Shown in pieces: positions 46,705 through 57,275 of a DNA stretch of 64,000 nucleotides. The notes below the pieces were generated by a model. The model did not search any database, was not told where the DNA came from, and was given only the letters and a program-made list of their open reading frames with translations. The translations under genes and the position numbers were made by a program. Within the stretch, counting starts at the first letter, position 1. Every line of letters starts with the position of its first letter. The stretch comes from Escherichia coli (GTDB taxonomy: Bacteria; Pseudomonadota; Gammaproteobacteria; Enterobacterales; Enterobacteriaceae): the NCBI RefSeq assembly GCF_003334385.1, contig NZ_QOWN01000012.1; one strand, 5' to 3'.

Positions 46705-48330
46705 ATGAATATTTTCACAGAGGCTGCAAAACTCGAAGAGCAAAATTGTCCGTTTGCTATGGCGCAAATTGTTGATAGCCGAGGCTCGACTCCCCGCCAT
46801 TCTGCACAAATGTTAGTGCGCGCCGATGGTTCTATCGTCGGTACAATTGGTGGCGGAATGGTTGAGCGGAAGGTGATTGAAGAGTCGCTTCAGGCATTGC
46901 AGGAACGTAAGCCGCGATTATTCCATGGACGTATGGCTCGTAACGGTGCGGATGCTGTCGGGTCAGATTGTGGAGGTGCAATGTCAGTATTTATCAGCGT
47001 CCATGGTATGCGTCCACGTCTGGTGTTGATTGGCGCGGGGCATGTCAACCGGGCGATAGCCCAGAGTGCGGCGCTATTAGGATTTGATATTGCCGTTGCT
47101 GATATTTATCGCGAAAGCCTCAATCCTGAACTATTCCCACCATCAACCACGCTTCTCCATGCTGAGTCGTTTGGTGCGGCAGTGGAAGCACTGGATATTC
47201 GCCCTGATAATTTTGTCCTGATTGCCACGAATAATCAGGATCGTGAAGCCCTCGACAAACTCATTGAACAGCCCATTGCATGGTTGGGGTTGCTGGCAAG
47301 TCGTCGCAAGGTTCAGCTTTTCCTGCGTCAATTGCGTGAGAAAGGCGTGGCTGAAGAACATATTGCCCGTTTACATGCGCCCGTTGGTTACAACATAGGT
47401 GCGGAAACGCCGCAGGAGATCGCCATCAGCGTGCTGGCAGAAATATTACAGGTGAAAAATAACGCGCCGGGTGGGCTGATGATGAAACCTTCTCATCCTT
47501 CCGGACACCAGCTGGTGGTGATTCGCGGTGCGGGAGATATCGCCAGTGGTGTGGCGCTACGTCTGTATCATGCGGGTTTTAAAGTGATCATGCTGGAAGT
47601 GGAAAAACCGACAGTGATTCGTTGTACCGTGGCGTTTGCCCAGGCCGTGTTCGATGGCGAAATGACGGTCGAAGGCGTCACTGCTCGCCTGGCAACCAGC
47701 TCTGCGGAAGCGATGAAACTTACCGAACGCGGATTCATTCCTGTGATGGTAGATCCCGCCTGTTCATTGCTTGATGAACTGAAACCGCTTTGCGTGGTGG
47801 ACGCTATTCTGGCGAAACAGAATTTGGGAACGCGGGCAGATATGGCACCAGTAACAATCGCGCTTGGGCCGGGCTTTACTGCTGGGAAGGATTGTCATGC
47901 GGTAATTGAAACAAATCGCGGGCACTGGCTCGGTCAGGTGATTTACTCTGGTTGTGCGCAGGAGAATACCGGTGTTCCTGGCAATATTATGGGGCATACC
48001 ACCCGACGGGTGATCCGTGCTCCTGCTGCAGGCATTATGCGATCCAACGTGAAATTAGGCGATCTGGTGAAAGAGGGCGATGTGATTGCCTGGATTGGTG
48101 AGCATGAAATTAAAGCACCGTTGACGGGGATGGTGCGTGGCTTGTTGAACGACGGCCTGGCAGTGGTTGGTGGTTTTAAAATTGGTGATATCGATCCTCG
48201 TGGTGAAACCGCTGATTTCACCAGCGTTTCTGATAAAGCCCGGGCGATTGGCGGCGGCGTACTTGAGGCGTTAATGATGTTGATGCATCAGGGCGTGAAA
48301 GCGACAAAAGAAGTGCTGGAAGTGGCTTAA
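46705..48330 (+). CDS. yqeB: XdhC/CoxI-family Rossmann protein YqeB (selenium-dependent molybdenum hydroxylase system), 541 aa
   Basis: Length and synteny match K-12; GxGxxG-like motifs (LIGAGHV, IRGAGDIASG). Confidence 0.85.
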   Translation: MNIFTEAAKLEEQNCPFAMAQIVDSRGSTPRHSAQMLVRADGSIVGTIGGGMVERKVIEESLQALQERKPRLFHGRMARNGADAVGSDCGGAMSVFISVHGMRPRLVLIGAGHVNRAIAQSAALLGFDIAVADIYRESLNPELFPPSTTLLHAESFGAAVEALDIRPDNFVLIATNNQDREALDKLIEQPIAWLGLLASRRKVQLFLRQLREKGVAEEHIARLHAPVGYNIGAETPQEIAISVLAEILQVKNNAPGGLMMKPSHPSGHQLVVIRGAGDIASGVALRLYHAGFKVIMLEVEKPTVIRCTVAFAQAVFDGEMTVEGVTARLATSSAEAMKLTERGFIPVMVDPACSLLDELKPLCVVDAILAKQNLGTRADMAPVTIALGPGFTAGKDCHAVIETNRGHWLGQVIYSGCAQENTGVPGNIMGHTTRRVIRAPAAGIMRSNVKLGDLVKEGDVIAWIGEHEIKAPLTGMVRGLLNDGLAVVGGFKIGDIDPRGETADFTSVSDKARAIGGGVLEALMMLMHQGVKATKEVLEVA

Positions 48331-48370
48331 ATGAAAATGGCCGGATGGTATTACCCACCCGGCCTTTAAA

Positions 48371-49303
48371 TTACTGACAAATCACCGTTCCTGTTTTGCC
48401 TTCAATCCCTTCTTTCGCTTTGCTCAATACGGTAATCAGTGCTTCACGACCTGCGCGAGAGCGAGCAAACGAGGCGGCAGCTTCCACTTTAGGCAGCATA
48501 GAACCTTTCGCAAAATGACCTTCTTCGATAAAGCGTTCAGCATCACTTAATGACAGGCGATCGAGCCACTGTTCATTCTCTTTACCGAAGTTAATGGCCA
48601 CTTTTTCTACCGCAGTCAGAATGATCAGCATATCGGCATCAATCATTTCTGCTAAACGGGCGCTGGCCCAGTCTTTATCGATAACCGCGCTGGCACCACG
48701 CAGATGGTTACCTTCACGAATAACAGGGATACCACCACCGCCAACGGTGATCACCACCTGACCTGCATCTACCAGAGCTTTAACCGTTTCTTTTTCAATG
48801 ATATCAACCGGTTTTGGCGAGGCAACAACACGGCGATAGCCGCGACCAGCATCTTCTTTCAGAGTGTAACCCTGTTTTGTCAGTTGCTCTGCTTCTTGCT
48901 CGGTAAAGAACGAACCGATCGGCTTGGTCGGGTTGAGGAATGCCGGATCGTTAGCGTCGACTTCGACCTGAGTAACCAGCGTTGCTACAGGTTTATTAAT
49001 GCCCCGAGAAAGCAGTTCTTCTCTTAAAGCGTTTTGTAGATCGTAACCAATATAACCCTGGCTTAATGCAACACAGACAGACATCGGCAGCATTGGCGAG
49101 TGCGCTTCAGTTTTTGCGGCAGCTTCAAAGGCCTGGTTAATCATGCCCACCTGCGGCCCGTTACCATGAGTGACGATAACTTCATGTCCCTGGGCAATTA
49201 AATCAACAATTGCCTGAGAAGTAATTTTTACCGCTTTCATTTGCCCGGCCAGGTCATCGCCCAGCGCATTCCCGCCCAGGGCGAGAACAATTTTCTTACT
49301 CAT
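48371..49303 (-). CDS. yqeA: Carbamate kinase-like protein, 310 aa
   Basis: MSKKIVLALGGNALGDDLAGQMKAV... amino acid kinase family signature. Confidence 0.9.
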   Translation of the reverse strand: MSKKIVLALGGNALGDDLAGQMKAVKITSQAIVDLIAQGHEVIVTHGNGPQVGMINQAFEAAAKTEAHSPMLPMSVCVALSQGYIGYDLQNALREELLSRGINKPVATLVTQVEVDANDPAFLNPTKPIGSFFTEQEAEQLTKQGYTLKEDAGRGYRRVVASPKPVDIIEKETVKALVDAGQVVITVGGGGIPVIREGNHLRGASAVIDKDWASARLAEMIDADMLIILTAVEKVAINFGKENEQWLDRLSLSDAERFIEEGHFAKGSMLPKVEAAASFARSRAGREALITVLSKAKEGIEGKTGTVICQ

Positions 49304-49350
49304 TTTTCCTCACTCATCATTCTTGATTGTGTATAGATCCCTGGCAGTGG

Positions 49351-50736
49351 TTAGAGCACGGGAGGGACAAACGGTTTGCGTCGCAGGAAACGACCTCGCC
49401 CGGCTTTGCCTGTAAAGGTGCCGTCACAGAAAATCGTTTCACCACGGGATAAGGTTCTGACAATCGCGCCCTGACAGGTAAAACCCTCCCATGGCGAGTA
49501 GTCGGCGTTGTCGTGGAGATGGCGATGCTGAATTTGTTGGCTCTGACGTGGGTCGATAATCACCACGTCGCCGTCGGAACCGGGCGCTAATAATCCTTTT
49601 TGCGGCCACAGGCCAAACAACCTGGCGGGCATTGCGCTGGTTAATTCAACAAAGCGTTCCGGTGTTATACGTCCCGTCATCACGCCACTGGAAAACAGTA
49701 ACTGCATGCGGTTTTCCACACCGGGTAAGCCATTTGGGCAGCGACTGAAATCGCCTTTAGAAATTTGCAGGCGTTGAGCCATCGAGAAGGTGCAGTGATC
49801 GGTTGCCACCACGTCAATCGCACCATCGCTGATGCCACACCACAGTTTGTCCTGCTCGCGTACGTTACGCAGCGGTGGGCTAAGAATGAACTTCATGCCA
49901 TCTTCTGTATCGTAACTGCGTTCGTCCAACAGGAGATATTGTGGGCAGGTTTCAACCCAGACTGGCTGGTGATTCGCACGGGCAAGACGCAGATAATCCA
50001 GACCTAAGCCGTTAGACAGGTGCACGATATAGAGCGGGGCGTTACCGGCAATTTGTGCCAGGTTAATCATGCGGGCGATGGCTTCCGCTTCGCATTCCAG
50101 AGGGCGACTCAAGGCATGATAGCGCGGCGCGGTTAACCCTGCGGCGATAAATTCCGCCCGCTTGCTGGCGATAGCCGCATCATTTTCCGGGTGCACGGTG
50201 GTCAGCGCGCCGGATTCATGCAAGCGGCGTAATGCCTGCAAAACCTCGTCATCGTTGAGTTTGTATTGATAGGTTAAATAGAGTTTAAAACTGCTCAGTC
50301 CTTCCTCGACCATCATCGGGATTTCGTCGAGGATTGCGTGATTAATGTGCTGGATCACACCGTGAAAGCTGTAATCGATGACCGCTTTATGGGCGGCATA
50401 ACCACGATAAACCTCCAGTTGATGGCGTAACCGACAGCCGTTTGGGCCAAATCCCATATGGTCAATAATGGTTGTTGTACCGCCACACGCAGCTGCGCGG
50501 GTACCGGTAAAAAAATCATCACAACTGCGCGCGATGCCGACATCAATATTGAAATGCGTATGGACATCCACGCCGCCAGGGAAAACGTAACAGCCAGTGG
50601 CATCAATTTCTTCATACGGGAGCTGCGGCGAAATATTGTTGCCCAACTGGCGAACAATCCCGCTTTCAATCAGCAAATCCTGTTTGGCTTGTCCATCTGC
50701 GTTAACGACAGTGCCGTTTTTGATCAATACGCGCAT
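49351..50736 (-). CDS. hyuA: D-phenylhydantoinase (dihydropyrimidinase-like), 461 aa
   Basis: MRVLIKNGTVVNADGQAKQDLLIESGIVRQLG...; cyclic amidohydrolase HxH (GGVDVHTHFN). Confidence 0.9.
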   Translation of the reverse strand: MRVLIKNGTVVNADGQAKQDLLIESGIVRQLGNNISPQLPYEEIDATGCYVFPGGVDVHTHFNIDVGIARSCDDFFTGTRAAACGGTTTIIDHMGFGPNGCRLRHQLEVYRGYAAHKAVIDYSFHGVIQHINHAILDEIPMMVEEGLSSFKLYLTYQYKLNDDEVLQALRRLHESGALTTVHPENDAAIASKRAEFIAAGLTAPRYHALSRPLECEAEAIARMINLAQIAGNAPLYIVHLSNGLGLDYLRLARANHQPVWVETCPQYLLLDERSYDTEDGMKFILSPPLRNVREQDKLWCGISDGAIDVVATDHCTFSMAQRLQISKGDFSRCPNGLPGVENRMQLLFSSGVMTGRITPERFVELTSAMPARLFGLWPQKGLLAPGSDGDVVIIDPRQSQQIQHRHLHDNADYSPWEGFTCQGAIVRTLSRGETIFCDGTFTGKAGRGRFLRRKPFVPPVL

Positions 50737-50788
50737 AGCAAACTCCAAAAACCCTCCGGCGAACCGGAGGGGAATAAGTGAAGAGTAA

Positions 50789-52000
50789 TTACTCTGTTGC
50801 CAGCCAGCTTAACGGGATTGCAGCGTACATCGCGGCACAGGTCACCAGGTGAGATTTCCAGGTTTTTTCGTTAGGTGCATGCGCTTCAGGTTCTTTACCC
50901 GGGCCAAAGCCGATCACCGGAATGCCGTGACGGCCCATGATAGATACGCCGTTAGTTGAGAAGGTCCACTTATCAACAACCGGCGCTTTGCCAAACAGCC
51001 CTTCGTAGGCATTCACCAGTGCTTTAACGGTGAAGTGATCTTCTTCCACTTTCCAGGTCGGGAAGTAGCATTCGGTTGGGTAAACCAGGCCAGTCCAGGA
51101 CGGACGGTCGTAGTTGTACATAGAAACAACCGCGTTAGCTTTCTGTACTGCAGGCAGGGCGCGGATTTCGTCCAGCGCGCCTTCCCAGGTTTCGCCCCAG
51201 GTCAGACGACGGTCGATTGAAACTGCGCAGCTGTCTGCTACAGCGCAACGGCTTGGGGATGTGAAGAAGATTTCAGAAACGGTGAGGGTGCCTTTGCCGA
51301 GGAATTCGTCATAACCCAGACGTTGGGAGAGTTCTTGTAATTCGCCAAGAATCGGACCCATTTTGAAAATGGCGTTATCACCGCGTTCTGGTGCAGAACC
51401 GTGGCAGCTAACACCCTGAACATCAATACGAATTTCCATACGACCGCGCTGACCACGGTATACCTGGCAGTCGGTTGGTTCGGTACTGACCACAAATTCC
51501 GGGCGAATGCCGGATTGTTCAATAATGTACTGCCAGCACAGACCGTCGCAGTCTTCTTCCTGCACCGTACCGGTAACCAGCAGGGTATATTCATCTTCCA
51601 GACCGAGGTCTTTAATGATTTTACCGGCATAAACCATAGAGGCCATGCCACCTTCCTGGTCGGAAGTACCGCGACCACCAATCAGTTCATCAGTTTCCAT
51701 GCCTTCGTACGGATCGAAGTCCCAGTTTTTGATGTTGCCAATGCCGACGGTATCGATATGAGCGTCCATTGCCACCAGACGCGGGCCGTGGCCGATATAA
51801 CCGAGAACGTTGCCCATCGGGTCGATTTCAACTTTATCGAAGCCGACTTTTTCCATCTCTTCTTTAATACGATGTACTACGCGTTTCTCGTCGCAGCTTT
51901 CACTGGGAATAGCAACCATGTCGCGCAGGAAGCGAGTCATATCCGCCTGGTAATCTTTTGCTTTTTCAAGAATCAGTTTGAATGGAATATTCTTAGCCAT
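50789..52000 (-). CDS. ygeY: M20-family peptidase / amidohydrolase YgeY, 403 aa
   Basis: ArgE/DapE/ACY1 family features; synteny. Confidence 0.88.
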
Positions 52001-52057
52001 TATTTTTCTCCAGATTTTTTACTCCCCGTTTTGCAGGGAGCAGTTCCAATAGGGTGA

Positions 52058-53254
52058 TTAAGGTGCTACAGCGTGTTTGCCTTCCCAGACAACTTCGCGG
52101 TAGTGCTTCACGTCGGTGTCGCCTTCAGTGCTGATAACCAGCACCACGGCATCTTTGTTCAGCGCCAGTTTTTCCATCAGGCTTTGACGTTGCGGGTGAT
52201 AATGAACCGCTGCGAGAACGCCCAAACCGACAGCGCCGGATTCACCGGAGATGATGCGCGGGTCGTTGCCGTACGGATTACCCAGCACGCGCATACCTAA
52301 TGCGGCAACGCTGTCCTGGCAGGAGATGAATTGGGTGGCGCAGTTACGTAGGATTTCCCAGCCCAGCGGGTTAGGTTCGCCACAGGCCAGGCCTGCCATG
52401 ATGGTGGCCATATCACCGCCAACGTTGACGATGTCGCCTTTGACGCCGGAGCGATAAATACAGTCAGCTTTGTCAGGTTCAACAATAATGCTGTGCAGAT
52501 TTTGCGGGCTATAGACGTCGACCAGATAACCCAGCACACCACCGGCCATTGCTCCGACACCGGCTTGCAGCAGAACGTGCGTCGGGGTTACGCCCATTTC
52601 ACGCATTTGCTCGACGGCTTCATCTGCCAGGGTTGCGTAGCCTTGCATGATCCAGGTTGGGATTTTGGTGTAACCTTCCCATGCCGTGTCCTGTACCACT
52701 TCCCAGCCGTGCTGCTGCGCGTGTTGCATGGTCAGGCGAACGGTATCGTCATAGTTCATATCCGTGACGATGCACTCGGCACCGAGGTTCAGAATGGCGT
52801 CAACGCGTTCCTGAGCAGAACCTTTCGGCATGTAAATCACCGCATTCTGTCCGAGTTGCTGTGCTGCCCACGCCACACCGCGCCCGTGGTTGCCGTCGGT
52901 GGTGGTCGCGAAAGTCATTTTTTCGCCGATGGCATTTTTCAGGTGCTCAAATGACAGCGTTTCGATATCAAGATGATATTTTTCACACAATAATTGAGCG
53001 ATGGCGTACGCACCGCCAAGCATTTTGAAGGCGTTCAGACCGAATCGTTTTGATTCGTCTTTGACGAGAATTTTCTTCACACCAAAAAGGTTTGCGAGAT
53101 CGTCCAGCGCACAAAGCGGTGTTGGGCGATAACCAGCTATTTTCTGGTGGAACTGGCGCGCCAGTTTGGCCTGGCTTTGCGAAAAGAGCGGTGATGTTTC
53201 GCCGTTGAAAAATTTGTTATCGGCGATATCAATCTTCAATGAGAAAACGGACAT
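52058..53254 (-). CDS. ygeX: Diaminopropionate ammonia-lyase (PLP-dependent), 398 aa
   Basis: PLP fold-type II; length and synteny match K-12 YgeX (DpaL). Confidence 0.9.
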   Translation of the reverse strand: MSVFSLKIDIADNKFFNGETSPLFSQSQAKLARQFHQKIAGYRPTPLCALDDLANLFGVKKILVKDESKRFGLNAFKMLGGAYAIAQLLCEKYHLDIETLSFEHLKNAIGEKMTFATTTDGNHGRGVAWAAQQLGQNAVIYMPKGSAQERVDAILNLGAECIVTDMNYDDTVRLTMQHAQQHGWEVVQDTAWEGYTKIPTWIMQGYATLADEAVEQMREMGVTPTHVLLQAGVGAMAGGVLGYLVDVYSPQNLHSIIVEPDKADCIYRSGVKGDIVNVGGDMATIMAGLACGEPNPLGWEILRNCATQFISCQDSVAALGMRVLGNPYGNDPRIISGESGAVGLGVLAAVHYHPQRQSLMEKLALNKDAVVLVISTEGDTDVKHYREVVWEGKHAVAP

Positions 53255-53311
53255 ATCCTATCCTTTTGGCCTCTGGAAATAGAGGGCCGACCAGCTGATC
53301 GGCCCGAGGGG

Positions 53312-54502
53312 TTATTTCACGCGTTCTTGCGCTTCTTTCAGCAGTTGCTCGAGCAGTGCACCTGGTTTGGCGTATTTACGGGACAGGATCATCGCGGCGA
53401 TGATATAAGGCTTCCAGCTGGCTTCTTTGTAGGTAGCGATACGGTATTTTTCGAATACGCCTTCAGTCACTTCACCTTCTTTACAGGATACGCCGCTGAT
53501 ATCAGCTGGCAGGCAGTGCATGTACAGGGCTTCGCCATCACGGGTCAGTTCCATCATCTCTTCAGTACAATGCCAGTCTTTGTGTTGCGCGTTCTGTGCC
53601 AGACACTGTTTTTCCAGTGCTTTTAAGCCTTCGTGATCGTTCGCACGCAGCAATTCAGTACGCTCTTCCATCACTTTGTAAGGTGCCCATGACTTCGGAT
53701 AAACGATGTCTGCGTCTTTGAAGGCTTCTTCCATGCTGGTGACCTGACGGAAGCTACCACCGGAGGCTTTAGCATTGTTTTTCGCCACTTCAACCACATC
53801 CGGGATCAGGTCGTAGCCTTCCGGATGGGCCAGGGTGACATCCATACCGAAGCGAGTCATCAGACCGATGATGCCTTGTGGTACAGAGAGCGGTTTGCCA
53901 TAGCTTGGAGAGTAGGCCCAGGTCATGGCGATTTTTTTACCTTTCAGGTTTTCCAGTGAACCAAAGTGTTCACGTAACCACGCGAGGTCAGCCATTGACT
54001 GAGTCGGGTGGTCAATATCGCATTGCAGGTTCACTAAAGCCGGACGCTGTGGCAGTACACCCTGCTTGTAACCGTCATCAAGTGCAGCGCCAACTTCACG
54101 CATATAGGCGTTGCCTGCGCCCAGATACATATCGTCGCGAATACCAATAGCGTCGGCGCAGAAGGAGATCATATTGGCGGTTTCACGCACGGTTTCGCCG
54201 TGAGCGATTTGTGATTTGCCTTCGTCGAGATCTTGTTGTGCAAGGCCGAGCAGGTTAAGCGCGGAAGCATAAGAGAAGCGGGTACGGGTGGAGTTGTCGC
54301 GGAATACGGAAATACCTAATCCACTATTAAAGACTTTGGTTGAGATGTTTTCAGCACGCAGTGCTTTTAATGCTGCGGCAACGTCCAGTACTTGTTTCAG
54401 TTCATCTGGCGTCTGTTCCCACGTTAACAAAAAATCTTTCTCGTGAAGGTGAGAGGTCAGCGAATTGATATCCTTAATCAGCTCATTAACAGTTTTCATC
54501 AT
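53312..54502 (-). CDS. ygeW: Carbamoyltransferase YgeW (transcarbamylase family), 396 aa
   Basis: Transcarbamylase carbamoyl-phosphate-binding STRTR motif (DNSTRTRFS). Confidence 0.9.
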   Translation of the reverse strand: MMKTVNELIKDINSLTSHLHEKDFLLTWEQTPDELKQVLDVAAALKALRAENISTKVFNSGLGISVFRDNSTRTRFSYASALNLLGLAQQDLDEGKSQIAHGETVRETANMISFCADAIGIRDDMYLGAGNAYMREVGAALDDGYKQGVLPQRPALVNLQCDIDHPTQSMADLAWLREHFGSLENLKGKKIAMTWAYSPSYGKPLSVPQGIIGLMTRFGMDVTLAHPEGYDLIPDVVEVAKNNAKASGGSFRQVTSMEEAFKDADIVYPKSWAPYKVMEERTELLRANDHEGLKALEKQCLAQNAQHKDWHCTEEMMELTRDGEALYMHCLPADISGVSCKEGEVTEGVFEKYRIATYKEASWKPYIIAAMILSRKYAKPGALLEQLLKEAQERVK

Positions 54503-54977
54503 AAAGTCCCGGTAGTGGAATGACAGGCAAAGTGGTTTATTTCACTGTGACTTGCCAAAGTGATTGGTGTTTTCACAGCTATACCTGGGACTAACAATAA
54601 GTGTGCCAGAATTATCCGCGCGGCTGCAAAAGACTAATTTGACGGATAATGTGTGGGGTTGATCACAAATTGATGCCAGCTTCTGGTTGTTTGTAAAATA
54701 CGAAAACGTTTGGCTTTTTTTATCGCGTTATTTATTTGCTGCTAAGTATCAGAAATAAGATAAAGGGGCAGGCTATCTCTCTTCAGTTTGATAAACTCAC
54801 CGCCGTAATTCTCATATTGATATAGAAATGTGATATCTCTTCCATAATTTCATTAGAAAATGATAAAAATCTTATGTTTTTATCAAAGCCAATTTCGCCT
54901 GAGTTAATATCATCATGATCTGTGAACCATCAACGTCTTCAATGATCGACTTTTAAGTAAGTCTGGAAGGTAAAGCT

Positions 54978-56756
54978 ATGGAGCTTGCTACTACGCAGTC
55001 AGTATTGATGCAAATTCAACCGACAATTCAGCGTTTTGCCAGAATGCTTGCCAGCGTTTTGCAGCTTGAGGTTGAGATCGTTGATGAAAACTTGTGTCGC
55101 GTTGCCGGAACGGGCGCGTATGGGAAGTTTCTTGGTCGCCAGTTGAGCGGCAACTCACGCCTGCTCCGCCACGTCCTGGAAACGAAAACTGAAAAAGTTG
55201 TGACACAGTCTCGCTTCGATCCCCTTTGCGAAGGTTGCGATAGTAAAGAAAATTGCCGCGAAAAAGCATTTCTGGGTACGCCTGTCATTTTACAGGATCG
55301 TTGTGTTGGGGTGATAAGTTTGATTGCCGTTACCCACGAGCAACAAGAGCATATCAGTGATAATTTACGCGAATTTTCTGATTATGTTCGCCATATATCC
55401 ACCATTTTTGTTTCGAAACTTCTGGAGGATCAGGGGCCAGGAGATAACATCAGTAAAATATTTGCGACCATGATCGATAATATGGATCAGGGCGTATTAG
55501 TTGTAGATGATGAAAATCGGGTTCAGTTTGTTAATCAGACTGCCTTAAAAACACTTGGTGTTGTGCAAAATAATATTATTGGGAAACCTATCCGTTTCAG
55601 ACCATTAACATTTGAGAGTAATTTTACCCATGGACATATGCAGCATATTGTTTCATGGGACGATAAAAGTGAATTAATCATTGGTCAATTGCATAACATT
55701 CAGGGCCGACAATTATTTTTAATGGCGTTTCACCAATCGCATACCAGTTTTTCTGTAGCAAATGCACCTGATGAACCGCATATTGAACAATTGGTTGGCG
55801 AGTGCCGTGTTATGCGGCAATTAAAACGACTCATTAGCCGTATTGCACCCAGCCCATCCAGCGTTATGGTGGTTGGTGAAAGCGGCACGGGTAAAGAAGT
55901 CGTCGCCCGTGCAATCCATAAGTTGAGCGGAAGACGGAATAAACCCTTTATTGCTATCAACTGTGCCGCGATTCCGGAGCAGCTTCTGGAGAGCGAACTG
56001 TTCGGTTATGTTAAAGGTGCATTTACTGGCGCTTCTGCCAACGGTAAAACAGGGTTGATTCAGGCGGCGAATACGGGCACGCTGTTTCTCGATGAAATAG
56101 GTGATATGCCATTAATGTTGCAGGCTAAATTACTGCGCGCTATTGAGGCACGTGAAATTCTGCCGATTGGTGCCAGTAGCCCAATACAAGTCGACATTCG
56201 CATCATTTCTGCAACTAATCAGAATTTGGCCCAGTTCATTGCCGAAGGTAAATTCCGCGAAGATCTCTTCTACCGACTTAATGTTATCCCGATAACTCTG
56301 CCACCGCTGCGTGAACGTCAGGAAGATATTGAACTATTGGTGCATTACTTTTTACATCTGCATACCCGTCGTCTGGGATCGGTTTATCCTGGCATTGCTC
56401 CCGATGTCGTCGAAATATTGCGTAAGCATCGTTGGCCCGGAAACCTGCGCGAGTTAAGCAATTTGATGGAATATCTGGTTAACGTGGTTCCTTCAGGTGA
56501 AGTTATCGACAGCACGCTATTGCCGCCAAATCTGCTGAATAATGGCACAACGGAGCAAAGTGATGTAACAGAGGTCAGTGAGGCGCACCTGTCACTCGAT
56601 GATGCGGGCGGCACGGCGCTGGAGGAGATGGAAAAGCAAATGATCCGCGAGGCGCTTTCACGTCATAACAGCAAGAAGCAAGTTGCTGATGAACTGGGCA
56701 TCGGCATTGCTACGCTCTATCGCAAGATTAAGAAATATGAGTTGTTAAACACATAA
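54978..56756 (+). CDS. ygeV: Sigma-54-dependent transcriptional activator (bacterial enhancer-binding protein), 592 aa
   Basis: AAA+ Walker A GESGTGKEVVARAIH; sigma-54 contact motif GAFTGA (YVKGAFTGASANG); C-terminal Fis-type HTH. Confidence 0.92.
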   Translation: MELATTQSVLMQIQPTIQRFARMLASVLQLEVEIVDENLCRVAGTGAYGKFLGRQLSGNSRLLRHVLETKTEKVVTQSRFDPLCEGCDSKENCREKAFLGTPVILQDRCVGVISLIAVTHEQQEHISDNLREFSDYVRHISTIFVSKLLEDQGPGDNISKIFATMIDNMDQGVLVVDDENRVQFVNQTALKTLGVVQNNIIGKPIRFRPLTFESNFTHGHMQHIVSWDDKSELIIGQLHNIQGRQLFLMAFHQSHTSFSVANAPDEPHIEQLVGECRVMRQLKRLISRIAPSPSSVMVVGESGTGKEVVARAIHKLSGRRNKPFIAINCAAIPEQLLESELFGYVKGAFTGASANGKTGLIQAANTGTLFLDEIGDMPLMLQAKLLRAIEAREILPIGASSPIQVDIRIISATNQNLAQFIAEGKFREDLFYRLNVIPITLPPLRERQEDIELLVHYFLHLHTRRLGSVYPGIAPDVVEILRKHRWPGNLRELSNLMEYLVNVVPSGEVIDSTLLPPNLLNNGTTEQSDVTEVSEAHLSLDDAGGTALEEMEKQMIREALSRHNSKKQVADELGIGIATLYRKIKKYELLNT

Positions 56757-56764
56757 CCTCAGTG

Positions 56765-56796
56765 AATCCGGCCTGAATTCAGGCCGGATATCCTTT
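56765..56796. terminator. Hairpin terminator between convergent ygeV and xdhC
   Basis: Perfect palindrome ccggcctgaattcaggccgg followed by a T-rich tract on the + strand. Confidence 0.6.
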
Positions 56797-57275
56797 TACT
56801 TCGTTTTCTCGCAATCCAGAACTGTATTTACAATCATCTGATACCCCGTGCAGCGACAAAGATTTCCCGCCAGTCCGCGACGAATTTCCGTAATGGTTAA
56901 TGGCTTCTCGCGTGGTTTCGCCAGCATTGCCGTGGTAGCCATAATCAGGCCAGGCGTACAAAACCCGCACTGCACTGCGCCGGATTTCGCATAAGCCTGC
57001 TGAACATGAGAAAGTTTTCCGCCTTTCGCTTCACCTTCCAGCGTGCGGATCTCTTTTCCTTCAGCCCAGGCGGCAAGGTATAAGCAACTGTCTATTGCTG
57101 TGCCGTCGACCAACACCGTACAGGCACCACATTCACCCACGCAGCACCCTTGTTTGACACTTAGCAGTCCTTGTTCGCGGAGTAATTCCGAGAGCGGCGT
57201 GCCTGGTGCGGCGTGAAGCTGAAAAGGCATCCCGTTAATGGTGCATTCGATGGTAATTGTTTCGCTGTGATTCAT
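56796..57275 (-). CDS. xdhC: Xanthine dehydrogenase Fe-S subunit (2Fe-2S), 159 aa
   Basis: 2Fe-2S motifs [11 protein letters not shown] and CGFCTPG...CRCTGY. Confidence 0.93.

Noticed and set aside
51401-52057. 218-aa ORF on the plus strand
   Set aside because: Antisense to ygeY.
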